Positions 18,834-27,574 of a DNA stretch of 64,000 bases are shown piece after piece; within the stretch, counting starts at the first letter, position 1, and every line of letters starts with the position of its first letter. The notes below the pieces were generated by a model that saw nothing but the letters and a program-made list of their open reading frames with translations, searched no databases and had not been told where the DNA came from. A program made the position numbers and the translations under genes. The DNA comes from Lachnospiraceae bacterium (GTDB lineage Bacteria > Bacillota > Clostridia > Lachnospirales > Lachnospiraceae), in contig JAAUZM010000027.1 in the NCBI GenBank assembly GCA_014804605.1, positions 45,220-109,219 of the forward strand, written 5' to 3'.

Positions 18834-21758
18834 CTATGCAAGTGCGTGTTTTCCATGCTGCTTATAATACTCTCTGTCCAGTTTCTGTATGATCTCCAAC
18901 AAACGGTACCCCTCACACTCAACCGTCAGGTGAAGGTTAATCTCCTGTCCGGCATTACCGCCGGTAAGTCCAAGTGTTGCTGCCTCTTCCCGTAATGCCT
19001 GTTTGATCGTCGAGATCGGTGACACGATCTCCGTCTCTCTATTGTTATCCCCGAGGATTGCGAGGTGCTGCTTCATTGTCCGCGGTATCACCTGCCCGGT
19101 GGCGTATGCCGGTATCTCTACTTTATTCAGCGATGCGATAGCGGCATTGGCTGTATAAGCCGACGGTGCTGACATGCGGGAAGACTTTTGCGAAGTTCCT
19201 CCGAACAATCCACCAACCTTGCTTCCGAAAGAGCCAAATTTATCACCTATACTGCCTACTTTTTGTGCGATCCAATCGAGGGCTTCCTTGACAGTATTTT
19301 TAATACTCCCTAGAATCGTTTTTACTTTATCTCTGAGACCGTTCCAAAGATTTGTCCATATTTGTCTAACGTTCGAATTAAAACTAGAAAATCCGGCTTT
19401 TATCTCATTGAATTTTCCAAGAATATTCTGCTTTACAAAATTAATTACAATCTCAACAGTTTTCTTTATTGACTGCAAAAATGCGTCTATAGAAGATTTT
19501 GTTGCTTCGACAAATACTTTTAAGATGTCTGATATTAACTGCAAACCGCCTTCTATAGTTCCTCTGATAGTTTCTGCAAATCCGCTAACAATATCTTGCA
19601 ATCCCTGAAACGCCTTTTCCCAATCACCTGAAAGGACTCCGGTAACGAAATCAATCAGGCCGCCAAGGATCGTAATTACGCCACTTATCATGTCCGCAAT
19701 ATATCCTGCAAGATTTTTCAACGTATTCCATACCGCTTGAATAACCGGAAGAATTTTAGGTAATACATTGGCGATGATCCACGCAATCATCGGCTGTAAA
19801 TAATTTTCCCAGACCACCTTAAGTAAATCAGCAATCTTCCCAAGAAATTCTGCGGCATTATCAAGCAATGGCTGTATATGGCTTTGCCACAACTCATCAA
19901 AATCTGCCGCCCACTGATCTAATATGGGCTGCACGTTTCCATTCCAGAACTCTAAAAATTGACCAACCAGATCGGACAATCCCTGCGCCACCGAATCAAA
20001 AAATGGCTTGAAGTGCTCATCGTATACTTCATTGAGCTTATCGAAGGTATCATCAATCCCCTGCTTAATAGTCCCTGCGACTTCTGCCAAAACACCGAGG
20101 AATCCTTCTAATGCCGCACGGAATGCTTCCTTATTGTCTACAAAAGGCTTTATGATAATCTGTGCTATATCGCGGAAGAACTTTGACGCAAGCTCTGTTA
20201 TTCCCATGAGGGTATCTGCGAAGATGCCAATAATATTTGCTGTAAGCTTCTGCCCCTGCTCGCTCGCAAAAGCTTCAAAAACATAGGCTATCGACTGAAA
20301 CAATTCAGCAAACATCTGATTTATTTCCGCCCATATATTAAACATGGATATCAGATGTTCTTTTATCCTGTCCTTGTTCTCTTCGAGATACTTTGCAATT
20401 CCACCCAGAATGTTTGTCGCAATCGTAAGACCGATGCTTGCCATAGCGCCGACAAGGCTGCCGAGCATATATGCTACTGACTGCGCCCAGCCATCAGCAG
20501 CCGCTAATACTGCCGGATCAGTAAAAATATCAATCAGACTCTCTTTAATAGATGCAAGGCTGTCTTTGATGGACTGCCACCGGTATTCCCAATCACCCAA
20601 TCCGTCCCAGAATCCCTGCATAAAGATGTCTTTCAATTTCTCTGCATAATCAATGATAGGTTTTAGCAAGTCCTTCAGCTTCTGTATAAAATCTAAGATT
20701 CCGCTGTTGATCGGAACTTCCTCAAACATTCCGGAAGTGTCCTCATCATCCTTGCCGGAATCCTTATCAGATGTTATGACATTTAACTTATCAAGACTGC
20801 TAACCTGCTTGTTCTGCTCTTTGTTTTGCTCCTTTATTGCCGCAGTCGTCTGCTTAACTGCTTTTTTGTATGTTTTCTGTCCGGAAATTGCCGCTATAAA
20901 CTGTCCTACGGTATCAATAAGTCTGGTCAACCATTCTACTGCCTTCTGTATATATGGGACGACCATCTGTACCAGTGGCGCAAAAGCAGCGGCGAGACTA
21001 TTTTTCAGCGTCAGCAGGCTTGCCTTAAGGCTGTCTATGGAATTTCTGAACTGTTCGTTCCCTTTATAAAAATTGTCAAATCCACCCTTTATGCCCTGTG
21101 TAAGCGCGCGGAAAGCTTTGCCTATCTGACTAACAATAAAGAATGAAATTGCGAGGCTCTTGAGCCTCGAACCAAAGTTTTTTAAAAGTCCGCATGATTT
21201 CTCTGCGTACTTATTTATCTTTTTGAATGCATTTCTTCCATTCTCTCCAAACTTCTTATACGCCTCGGTTGCATTCCTCTGCTTGGCAGTAAGAAGATCA
21301 TGCTTTTCAGTCAATACAGACAGCTCATTGCGCAGATACTGCACCTGCTGCGCCATCTTGGCATACTCTTCCGTATCCTGTCCCAGAGTAAAAGCCTTAC
21401 CGGTATCGACAAGATCCTGTAATTCTCCTTTGGCATATTTGATCTCGTTCTCTGTCTCTTCGATCTGGTGAATCAATCTATCCCATGCAACGCCGTTAGC
21501 TTTTCCTTCGCGCTGCATCTGTTCCTGCTTTTCAAGAAGCTTGTTAAGTTTCTGTTCTGCCTTCTCGATCTGCGTTGTGATTTCTTGATATTCCTGCGTC
21601 GGCAGCTTCGCGTCCTTCATTTCGCCCATTTTGGACATCAGAGACGCGATCTTATCAGCCTTCTTGGCAATCTGGTTTTCCAGTGCCATAAGCTGAACTT
21701 CTGCACCTTTTCTATCAATTTTTGTTCCGACTCTTATGGTGGTATCATAATTTGCCAT
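18834..21758 (-). CDS. tail tape measure protein
   Basis: 974 aa; N-terminal coiled coil, long helical glycine/alanine-rich core, hydrophobic central segments; canonical position. Confidence 0.85.
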   Translation of the reverse strand: MANYDTTIRVGTKIDRKGAEVQLMALENQIAKKADKIASLMSKMGEMKDAKLPTQEYQEITTQIEKAEQKLNKLLEKQEQMQREGKANGVAWDRLIHQIEETENEIKYAKGELQDLVDTGKAFTLGQDTEEYAKMAQQVQYLRNELSVLTEKHDLLTAKQRNATEAYKKFGENGRNAFKKINKYAEKSCGLLKNFGSRLKSLAISFFIVSQIGKAFRALTQGIKGGFDNFYKGNEQFRNSIDSLKASLLTLKNSLAAAFAPLVQMVVPYIQKAVEWLTRLIDTVGQFIAAISGQKTYKKAVKQTTAAIKEQNKEQNKQVSSLDKLNVITSDKDSGKDDEDTSGMFEEVPINSGILDFIQKLKDLLKPIIDYAEKLKDIFMQGFWDGLGDWEYRWQSIKDSLASIKESLIDIFTDPAVLAAADGWAQSVAYMLGSLVGAMASIGLTIATNILGGIAKYLEENKDRIKEHLISMFNIWAEINQMFAELFQSIAYVFEAFASEQGQKLTANIIGIFADTLMGITELASKFFRDIAQIIIKPFVDNKEAFRAALEGFLGVLAEVAGTIKQGIDDTFDKLNEVYDEHFKPFFDSVAQGLSDLVGQFLEFWNGNVQPILDQWAADFDELWQSHIQPLLDNAAEFLGKIADLLKVVWENYLQPMIAWIIANVLPKILPVIQAVWNTLKNLAGYIADMISGVITILGGLIDFVTGVLSGDWEKAFQGLQDIVSGFAETIRGTIEGGLQLISDILKVFVEATKSSIDAFLQSIKKTVEIVINFVKQNILGKFNEIKAGFSSFNSNVRQIWTNLWNGLRDKVKTILGSIKNTVKEALDWIAQKVGSIGDKFGSFGSKVGGLFGGTSQKSSRMSAPSAYTANAAIASLNKVEIPAYATGQVIPRTMKQHLAILGDNNRETEIVSPISTIKQALREEAATLGLTGGNAGQEINLHLTVECEGYRLLEIIQKLDREYYKQHGKHALA

Positions 21759-21847
21759 TAAAAAAAGTCCTACCTTTAGCTTTTCAGGTTAGCGACACGC
21801 TCCTCTTGCGTGCCGGTATTAAATCTGTTGCGGAACTGAATGCCAAC

Positions 21848-22441
21848 TCAACCCAAATGCTCTTCCAGATATGAGTTGTATGCTTCCTCCTCCCGAAGCT
21901 CTTCCCGGCTCTTCGGTTTCCGTATATCCACCAGATCACGGTTGCGATTATAATATTCACTCTCATGGTCTGTCAGTTTCTTTCCTCTGTTCAGCTTGTC
22001 ACGGATACCGACTATATATGTCCACGTATCTTCCCCGATTTCGCTCATATAGCCCGTCAGCGTCCACCAGTGGATATATTCCGCCTCACGCACTTCCATG
22101 CCCGCTACGGCGTTCACAGCCGCGAATATCATCTGTTCATCCTGCTCCCAGTTAAAAACAGGTTTTTCAGTATCTTTTGCCCGATGCCGGCCTCCGGACA
22201 GGAACCAGCCGATCTGTGCTGCTGCCTCCTGTATGTCGAAACCGTCCTCTATCGCCGCATACACATCGTCCGCACAGGTAAAATCCTCAAATAACAGATA
22301 TATGGCCACGATCCATGCCTCGCCGGTTTCAAGTTCCGGATCATTGAACGCCTTGTATACCTGAAGAACGTTTCTGTAATCCGTCCGCATGGGATATTCT
22401 GCATCACCGACCGTCAACGTCTCCGGAAGATGCCCGATCAT
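21848..22441 (-). CDS. tail assembly chaperone, Gp15-like
   Basis: 197 aa directly upstream of the tape measure; the N-terminus LTVGDAEYPMRTDYRNVLQVYKAFND resembles the Phage_Gp15 family as I recall it. Confidence 0.5.
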   Translation of the reverse strand: MIGHLPETLTVGDAEYPMRTDYRNVLQVYKAFNDPELETGEAWIVAIYLLFEDFTCADDVYAAIEDGFDIQEAAAQIGWFLSGGRHRAKDTEKPVFNWEQDEQMIFAAVNAVAGMEVREAEYIHWWTLTGYMSEIGEDTWTYIVGIRDKLNRGKKLTDHESEYYNRNRDLVDIRKPKSREELREEEAYNSYLEEHLG

Positions 22442-22977
22442 TTTTTACTCCCTTTTCTTCTATTGCCCGATTTCTTGTGATCCTGCGGCTGATACTTCCC
22501 CATGCGCTGTTCCCGCGCCAGTTCATCCTTCTTGAACTTTCTGCCGAATGTCTTTTCCATGATCGGGGTAATCTTCTCAAAAAAATCAGTAATGCATCCC
22601 GCGTCCGGCAGGAAGTCCGGAATCTCGTCGTAGACATCGCTGAAGTATTTCCGGACTGTTCCTTCCCCGAACATATTGTCAATAGTCTGCACTGCCAGAT
22701 TTGAAAATTCCACGTTTACCTTGGAGATCTCAGTAACTTTATCCCTAACAGACTGCATATCCTTTTTGCCTTCGTATTGCTTCTCGATCTGTTTGATCCG
22801 TCCTGCAACCGCGTCCGCTTCGTCCATGATCCGTCCATAGCCTGCGACAAATTTGTCGTAAGTCTCCGCATTATCACCAGAGATCGCTATGTAATCGCCT
22901 TCCTCGTTCAATTCAATCTTGTGAATGCTTATACTGCTTTCTACTATGCTTGATTTTTCTACAAGTCTTTTTCCCAT
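22438..22977 (-). CDS. tail assembly chaperone-like protein
   Basis: Start trimmed to MGKRLVEK (ATG 22977, AGGAGG upstream); lies between the major tail gene and the Gp15-like gene. Confidence 0.45.
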   Translation of the reverse strand: MGKRLVEKSSIVESSISIHKIELNEEGDYIAISGDNAETYDKFVAGYGRIMDEADAVAGRIKQIEKQYEGKKDMQSVRDKVTEISKVNVEFSNLAVQTIDNMFGEGTVRKYFSDVYDEIPDFLPDAGCITDFFEKITPIMEKTFGRKFKKDELAREQRMGKYQPQDHKKSGNRRKGSKK

Positions 22978-23052
22978 CCTAATATCCTCCTGTAATCCGG
23001 AATGCGAACAGGAGGTACGCACTCCGGATATATTAAGTTTTTACTTAATACC

Positions 23053-23613
23053 TTAACTCTCGGCTTTCTTTGCCGTGCTGTTTGCCGTGCCTGCCGTCTG
23101 GTTTATCGTCTGTGTCTCCACCGCCGCACCTTCCGTAAACGTAGGCACCCGCTTGGTAACAGACACGCTGCCTTCAGTTCTTCCGCCGTTCATGCTGATA
23201 TTGAACGGAATCGCAAACCCTGTCGTATCTCCACCGTATGACTGTGGTACCACTACCACATTCTCCATCCATGCCTGACCTGTCAGCGTGACAGTATCGG
23301 ACTTCTTGACCTCATCCGTCAGGATTGCTTCCAGCAGATACGCACCGGTGGACTCCTCATCCGATTTCCTGTTCATTGCAAGATCCTTAATATGTTCGTA
23401 AATCGCATCTTCTGTTCTGGCGAAATAATTATCCAGTGCCAGCTCCGGTTTAAATCCGCTGTGATCCACGATGGTCTCACCCAGAACATTCTGTTTGGTC
23501 TCTACTTCGGGATTTAACTCCAAGGATACATTGTCTGTATCCTTTCCAATCAGCGTCCATTTCTCCTTGTCAAATGACAGCCATGTTGCATATACGGCTC
23601 TCGGTAATTTCAT
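23053..23613 (-). CDS. major tail protein
   Basis: Start trimmed to MKLPRAVYATW (ATG 23613, AAGGAGG upstream); 186 aa; position and size typical. Confidence 0.6.
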   Translation of the reverse strand: MKLPRAVYATWLSFDKEKWTLIGKDTDNVSLELNPEVETKQNVLGETIVDHSGFKPELALDNYFARTEDAIYEHIKDLAMNRKSDEESTGAYLLEAILTDEVKKSDTVTLTGQAWMENVVVVPQSYGGDTTGFAIPFNISMNGGRTEGSVSVTKRVPTFTEGAAVETQTINQTAGTANSTAKKAES

Positions 23614-23626
23614 CTTGTTTCCTCCT

Positions 23627-24037
23627 TTACTTTTCATAAACGATTGATATCGTCATCTGATATATACTGTTATCCTGTTCGGTGCTTCCCACGTAAAACG
23701 GGGTTGTGATCGCAATCGCCGTCACCGTAGCATTGGGAATATCCGGGTACTCTTTCCTGTCCTCGCACTCTTCCACCCACTGTTCCAGTGCTTCCATGAA
23801 TTCACTGCTTTCCACGCTGTCCGTATTGGTGATGGTTGGAAGTCTTGCCTGCAGCGTATAGTGTTCCGTGATGGTCTGATCCCCAGTCACGCTCTTCTTC
23901 ACATTCCGTACCGGCTCTTTCACGAGTGCATAATCCACATTCCCATGCATCAGATCCGTATCAATACGCTTCATTGCTCCGCTTCCCTGCGGATCAAATG
24001 TTTTCAGCCAGTTAATAACTGCCCCTGATACCGTCAC
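23627..24037 (-). CDS. tail completion / head-tail joining protein
   Basis: 136 aa in the connector block; assigned by synteny only. Confidence 0.45.
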   Translation of the reverse strand: MTVSGAVINWLKTFDPQGSGAMKRIDTDLMHGNVDYALVKEPVRNVKKSVTGDQTITEHYTLQARLPTITNTDSVESSEFMEALEQWVEECEDRKEYPDIPNATVTAIAITTPFYVGSTEQDNSIYQMTISIVYEK

Positions 24038-24477
24038 TTTCCTGCCTCCTCTCTGGCCGCCGCCTCAATTCTTTCCAGTCCTCCGTTCTGCAGCATCCTC
24101 GGTACCCAGTATGGACCTCTCTCCGGAGCTCCCTGATATTCCAGCAGTCTGTTCGTAGGTACTTTCTGCACACCCTTTCTGGAACGCCATCCGCCGTCCT
24201 TCACCTCGAAGCCAGCGCAGTGCAGAAGCGGATCTTCGTATACGATCCCGTTCCATACATAGTGTGCATACTTAATGGCTCCGCCGCCCCAGACAACATC
24301 CGTCCCTTCAATATGTCCGCTATCCCTTAAGGCACCCTCATCAAACGGAATAAAATCGTCAGACAGCCTGAGTACTGCGTTGGACACTGCCTGCTGGACC
24401 CTGCCGCCTTCCTCCAGACCGAATGCATTAATACAGTCTTTCAGATTAAACGTACACTGATAATCCCTACCACCCAT
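24034..24477 (-). CDS. head-tail joining (minor capsid-type) protein
   Basis: 147 aa; 4-nt overlaps on both sides; synteny. Confidence 0.45.
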   Translation of the reverse strand: MGGRDYQCTFNLKDCINAFGLEEGGRVQQAVSNAVLRLSDDFIPFDEGALRDSGHIEGTDVVWGGGAIKYAHYVWNGIVYEDPLLHCAGFEVKDGGWRSRKGVQKVPTNRLLEYQGAPERGPYWVPRMLQNGGLERIEAAAREEAGK

Positions 24478-24914
24478 TACTTACCGACCACCTTTATATT
24501 CTTCAGCCGCATCCTGTTCCTGTTGTCGGATACCGCCGTAACAGTAACCGCATACTGGAAATCCTTTTTTAATGCCGATAACCTGTATTCCCGGCCGATC
24601 TCCTGTGCTATTTCCCCGAGAACAATCACGTCCTGTCCGCTCTTTGCGTCCAGCGTCCAGAACTCACCGCATTGTTCCGGCGGCAGTTTCCGGTATTCAT
24701 CCGGCGGCAGATATGGTTTATTTCCATAATTCCTCTGAAAATCGACCGTGATCTTCTCAACCTTCGCTTCGGTCTGCACTCCGCCCGACACCGTCACTTC
24801 TGTCTTGTTATGGGACCACTGTACACCGTGTATTACGCTGCGGCTCCACCTTTCCGTATCACCGCTTCCGCAATAGTTGTACACGGTCATGACATCCGTA
24901 AATAATACATTCAT
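24477..24914 (-). CDS. head closure / adaptor protein
   Basis: 145 aa; synteny. Confidence 0.45.
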   Translation of the reverse strand: MNVLFTDVMTVYNYCGSGDTERWSRSVIHGVQWSHNKTEVTVSGGVQTEAKVEKITVDFQRNYGNKPYLPPDEYRKLPPEQCGEFWTLDAKSGQDVIVLGEIAQEIGREYRLSALKKDFQYAVTVTAVSDNRNRMRLKNIKVVGK

Positions 24915-25297
24915 AACACACCTGCCAGTCCGGTGCCTCTTAAACCATTCAGGATGATCTCCCTCTGCTGCTCATTTTTCTGTGCTGCCGTGGTGACCGT
25001 ATAGCTCTCCGAATACCCGTCGTTTGATACGGAAGAAATACCCGTACCCATGCCCGACATATCCTGCGCATATAGTAAATTAGCCAGTTCGCAGGCCGTG
25101 TCCTGAATCTGTGCATACACCTGCTTCTGAAAATCCGTGGCGGTAGTCTTCCTATGGCTTCCGACAAACCGCGATACCCGCATATGGGTAATAGCATCCA
25201 TTTTTGTCTTCGCCTGCTTTATGAGCTTGTTAAATGTCTCTTCATCCGGTATCTCGGAATAAAGGGAGCTGTAATACTCCCATGTGATAAAGTTCAT
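24911..25297 (-). CDS. head-tail connector (gp6-like)
   Basis: 128 aa; first gene after the capsid block; N-terminus FITWEYYSSLYSEIPDEETFNKL typical of gp6-like connectors. Confidence 0.5.
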   Translation of the reverse strand: MNFITWEYYSSLYSEIPDEETFNKLIKQAKTKMDAITHMRVSRFVGSHRKTTATDFQKQVYAQIQDTACELANLLYAQDMSGMGTGISSVSNDGYSESYTVTTAAQKNEQQREIILNGLRGTGLAGVL

Positions 25298-25312
25298 ACA
25301 GCCCCCTCCCTT

Positions 25313-25549
25313 CTACTTCGCTCCATCCTGTTGCACCGGTGCAACTCCGTCATTCACCGCTCCTGACAATGCGTCCAGCTCTGTCTCCAGCGCCGTATTC
25401 TCCACAGTAAGATCCTCTACCGTCTTCTTCAGCGCCGTATTCTCCGCAGTAAGTTCTTTTACGGACTTCTTCAGTTCCTTATTTTCCTTCTTCAATGCAG
25501 AATCCGGCGTCTTATCGTCCTTACTCGTTCCCATTCCTACTGTTCTCAT
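25313..25549 (-). CDS. small coiled-coil head-module protein
   Basis: 78 aa; internal duplication ENTALKKTVEDLTVENTALETELD; the C-terminus DGVAPVQQDGAK carries palindrome copy 2. Confidence 0.45.
   Translation of the reverse strand: MRTVGMGTSKDDKTPDSALKKENKELKKSVKELTAENTALKKTVEDLTVENTALETELDALSGAVNDGVAPVQQDGAK
25330..25345. repeat. 16-bp perfect palindrome GTTGCACCGGTGCAAC, copy 2 of 7
   Basis: Exact match; read as VAPVQ. Confidence 0.95.
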
Positions 25550-25559
25550 AACGCGCCTC

Positions 25560-26432
25560 CTATTCCTTATGACTCAGGTAAATACCCGCCTTCTTATTCT
25601 GATAAATATCCACAATTCCATATTTGCGGTACTTCACAATGTCGGCATCCGCATTCGGATTCGCCGATGCCGGAATGACGTTCGAAACCACGTGTTTGTC
25701 ATGCTTGATGACTGCCGGTTTATGAATAATCATGAAATTGATTTCTTTCGCTTCTTCCGCTTTTTTGTAATGCCCAGCTTCCTCTCCGGCGCTCTTACCG
25801 TCAAGCAAATTAATCGCTGTATAAAATCTGCTCTGAGGCACCGGCTTCTTAATGGTAAAATGGGACAAAATTTCCTTAGACTTATAGGTGTCCAGCATCA
25901 TAAGTCCGTTCAGGAGCACAGGCGTTGCGTAAAGGATACGTCCATCCTCCGGTACTTCATCATTGTCCATCGTATTCTTTGCTTCCAGCAGGGCATTCAT
26001 GAATGCTGCGGCATCCGCAAACGTCTTCGCCTCTCCCTTAGAGATGCCTTCGATACCCGCCAACGTTGCAAATGTAAACGCATCCGCCTCCGGCGCCACC
26101 TTGGTACGCATCATCTCCGCACCTGCCATGCCGAACGCAAGGTTATAAGTCTCCTGATTATCCATCGCATCTACAGACAGCTTCGCGCCACGGTCATAGT
26201 TGTACTCCGTGGATACCCACTTAAAGTCAACCGTTCCCTGCGTGTAACCGCTGTTTCTGCTATAATCCCCAAGACCGGTTACGGCAATCTGGGGATATAC
26301 GATCTCCTTGGCATTGGCTCCCGCTCTTGCCATCGCAGGATCTCCGGTGAGATCGCTGGTTACTGACTCTCTCTGGTATACTTCGTCCAGAAGAGGCACA
26401 TAATTTTTCGCTAATACAATCGTGTTAGGCAT
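25560..26432 (-). CDS. major capsid protein
   Basis: 290 aa directly after the scaffold gene; strong SD; highly expressed-looking composition. Confidence 0.75.
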   Translation of the reverse strand: MPNTIVLAKNYVPLLDEVYQRESVTSDLTGDPAMARAGANAKEIVYPQIAVTGLGDYSRNSGYTQGTVDFKWVSTEYNYDRGAKLSVDAMDNQETYNLAFGMAGAEMMRTKVAPEADAFTFATLAGIEGISKGEAKTFADAAAFMNALLEAKNTMDNDEVPEDGRILYATPVLLNGLMMLDTYKSKEILSHFTIKKPVPQSRFYTAINLLDGKSAGEEAGHYKKAEEAKEINFMIIHKPAVIKHDKHVVSNVIPASANPNADADIVKYRKYGIVDIYQNKKAGIYLSHKE

Positions 26433-26448
26433 TTAGTTCTCCTCCTTC

Positions 26449-27021
26449 TTATTTCTGCTCTGCAACCGGCGGAAGTCCCATTGCCGCTCTCAGCGCAGCG
26501 TCATCCGTAACTCCGGAAGACTTTGTTACCGTCCCGATCAGATTACCTGTTCCTGCCGGGCCGGCTTCCGGATCGCCGAACAGCATTTTACTGTCTTCTG
26601 CTTCTGCGAGCTGTTTCAATGCTGCTGCCATGTCTTCTTTCTGGTTCTTGGAAGCCTTTAACGTCTCCATGTCCAGCAGTGCTGCGATCGCTTTCGCATT
26701 CCTGCCCTTGGCAGACGTGATGGAATCCTTCAGCAGCGCATCAAAATCTCTGTTGGCAAGTTCTGCCGTATGCTCCTCATCCTTTTTCTTAAGATCAGCC
26801 TTCAGATCATCGATCTGTTTCTTAAGCGCTTCTGCATCCACGCCTTCAAACTTCTTAAGCGCTTCTTCCGTGGTCGCTACCTTGTCCTGTTCCGCCTTCA
26901 GATCAGCCTTTAACTTCTCCAGATCACTCTTTAAGGGCTGGACATCTGCATTGTTCAGATCACATACCTTGTCGATCTGCTCCTTGGTGAGCCCAAGTTT
27001 TTCAAGTTCTTCTCTCTTCAT
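26449..27021 (-). CDS. scaffolding protein (Phage_GP20-like)
   Basis: Start trimmed to MKREELEKLGLTKEQIDKV (ATG 27021, AAGGAG upstream); K/E/A-rich coiled coil. Confidence 0.7.
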   Translation of the reverse strand: MKREELEKLGLTKEQIDKVCDLNNADVQPLKSDLEKLKADLKAEQDKVATTEEALKKFEGVDAEALKKQIDDLKADLKKKDEEHTAELANRDFDALLKDSITSAKGRNAKAIAALLDMETLKASKNQKEDMAAALKQLAEAEDSKMLFGDPEAGPAGTGNLIGTVTKSSGVTDDAALRAAMGLPPVAEQK

Positions 27022-27122
27022 GTTCTCTTCTCCTTTTAACGATTTTTTTAACGAGGTCAATCAACCTCTGGATGCTGCGGAATATCCCGCTGTAAAAAAA
27101 AGAACCGATACAATCAATCCAT

Positions 27123-27281
27123 TTAAGGATTCACTGTTTCGGCTCTAGGCTCTATGTTTACCAATATTTCGTTTTTACATCGCTTGCAATATGCAGGATA
27201 TCTGATGATCACCGTGTCCGGTCTAATTTTGATGAAATGTTCGTTACCGCATACGGGACATCTGTACCATTCGAACTTCAT
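27123..27281 (-). CDS. cysteine-rich KTR-type zinc-ribbon protein (52 aa)
   Basis: Hand-translated as MKFEWYRCPVCGNEHFIKIRPDTVIIRYPAYCKRCKNEILVNIEPRAETVNP*; CPxCG...CxxC layout matches the Cys_rich_KTR family. Confidence 0.6.
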   Translation of the reverse strand: MKFEWYRCPVCGNEHFIKIRPDTVIIRYPAYCKRCKNEILVNIEPRAETVNP

Positions 27282-27364
27282 GTGACCACCGCTTTTATAA
27301 TTTCACATTATATGTTATGCGTTTATCATAACATTAGTTTATATATTGTGCAAGAGAAAAATCT

Positions 27365-27574
27365 TTAAATTTCATCCGACGACTTCATGACCGATTGGAT
27401 CATGGGTGTATACTTTTTATCCAATGCCGCCATTGCCCACGTCTGTGGACCGTCAAAATGCTTTCCGTCAGCAGGAGGAAGGTTTTTTTCTATTTCTTCG
27501 ATTTCCTTTTTCCACATATCGATAATCTCATTTATTTTCTTGTTCTGTTCTTCCGTCAACTGCCTTCCGCCCAT
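27365..27574 (-). CDS. small hypothetical protein downstream of the MuF gene
   Basis: 69 aa; GAGGA 10 nt upstream; overlaps the MuF 3' end by 47 nt. An internal start at MWKK is an alternative. Confidence 0.45.
   Translation of the reverse strand: MGGRQLTEEQNKKINEIIDMWKKEIEEIEKNLPPADGKHFDGPQTWAMAALDKKYTPMIQSVMKSSDEI

Noticed and set aside
21784-21966. 60-aa ORF overlapping the Gp15-like chaperone 3' end, considered as a programmed-frameshift extension (G/GT-type).
   Set aside because: I could identify no slippery heptamer. The two chaperone-like genes are joined by a normal ATGA overlap instead.
25284-26366. 360-aa plus-strand ORF.
   Set aside because: It overlaps the major capsid gene on the opposite strand. 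It is Ser/Phe/Arg-rich and low in complexity, with no SD.
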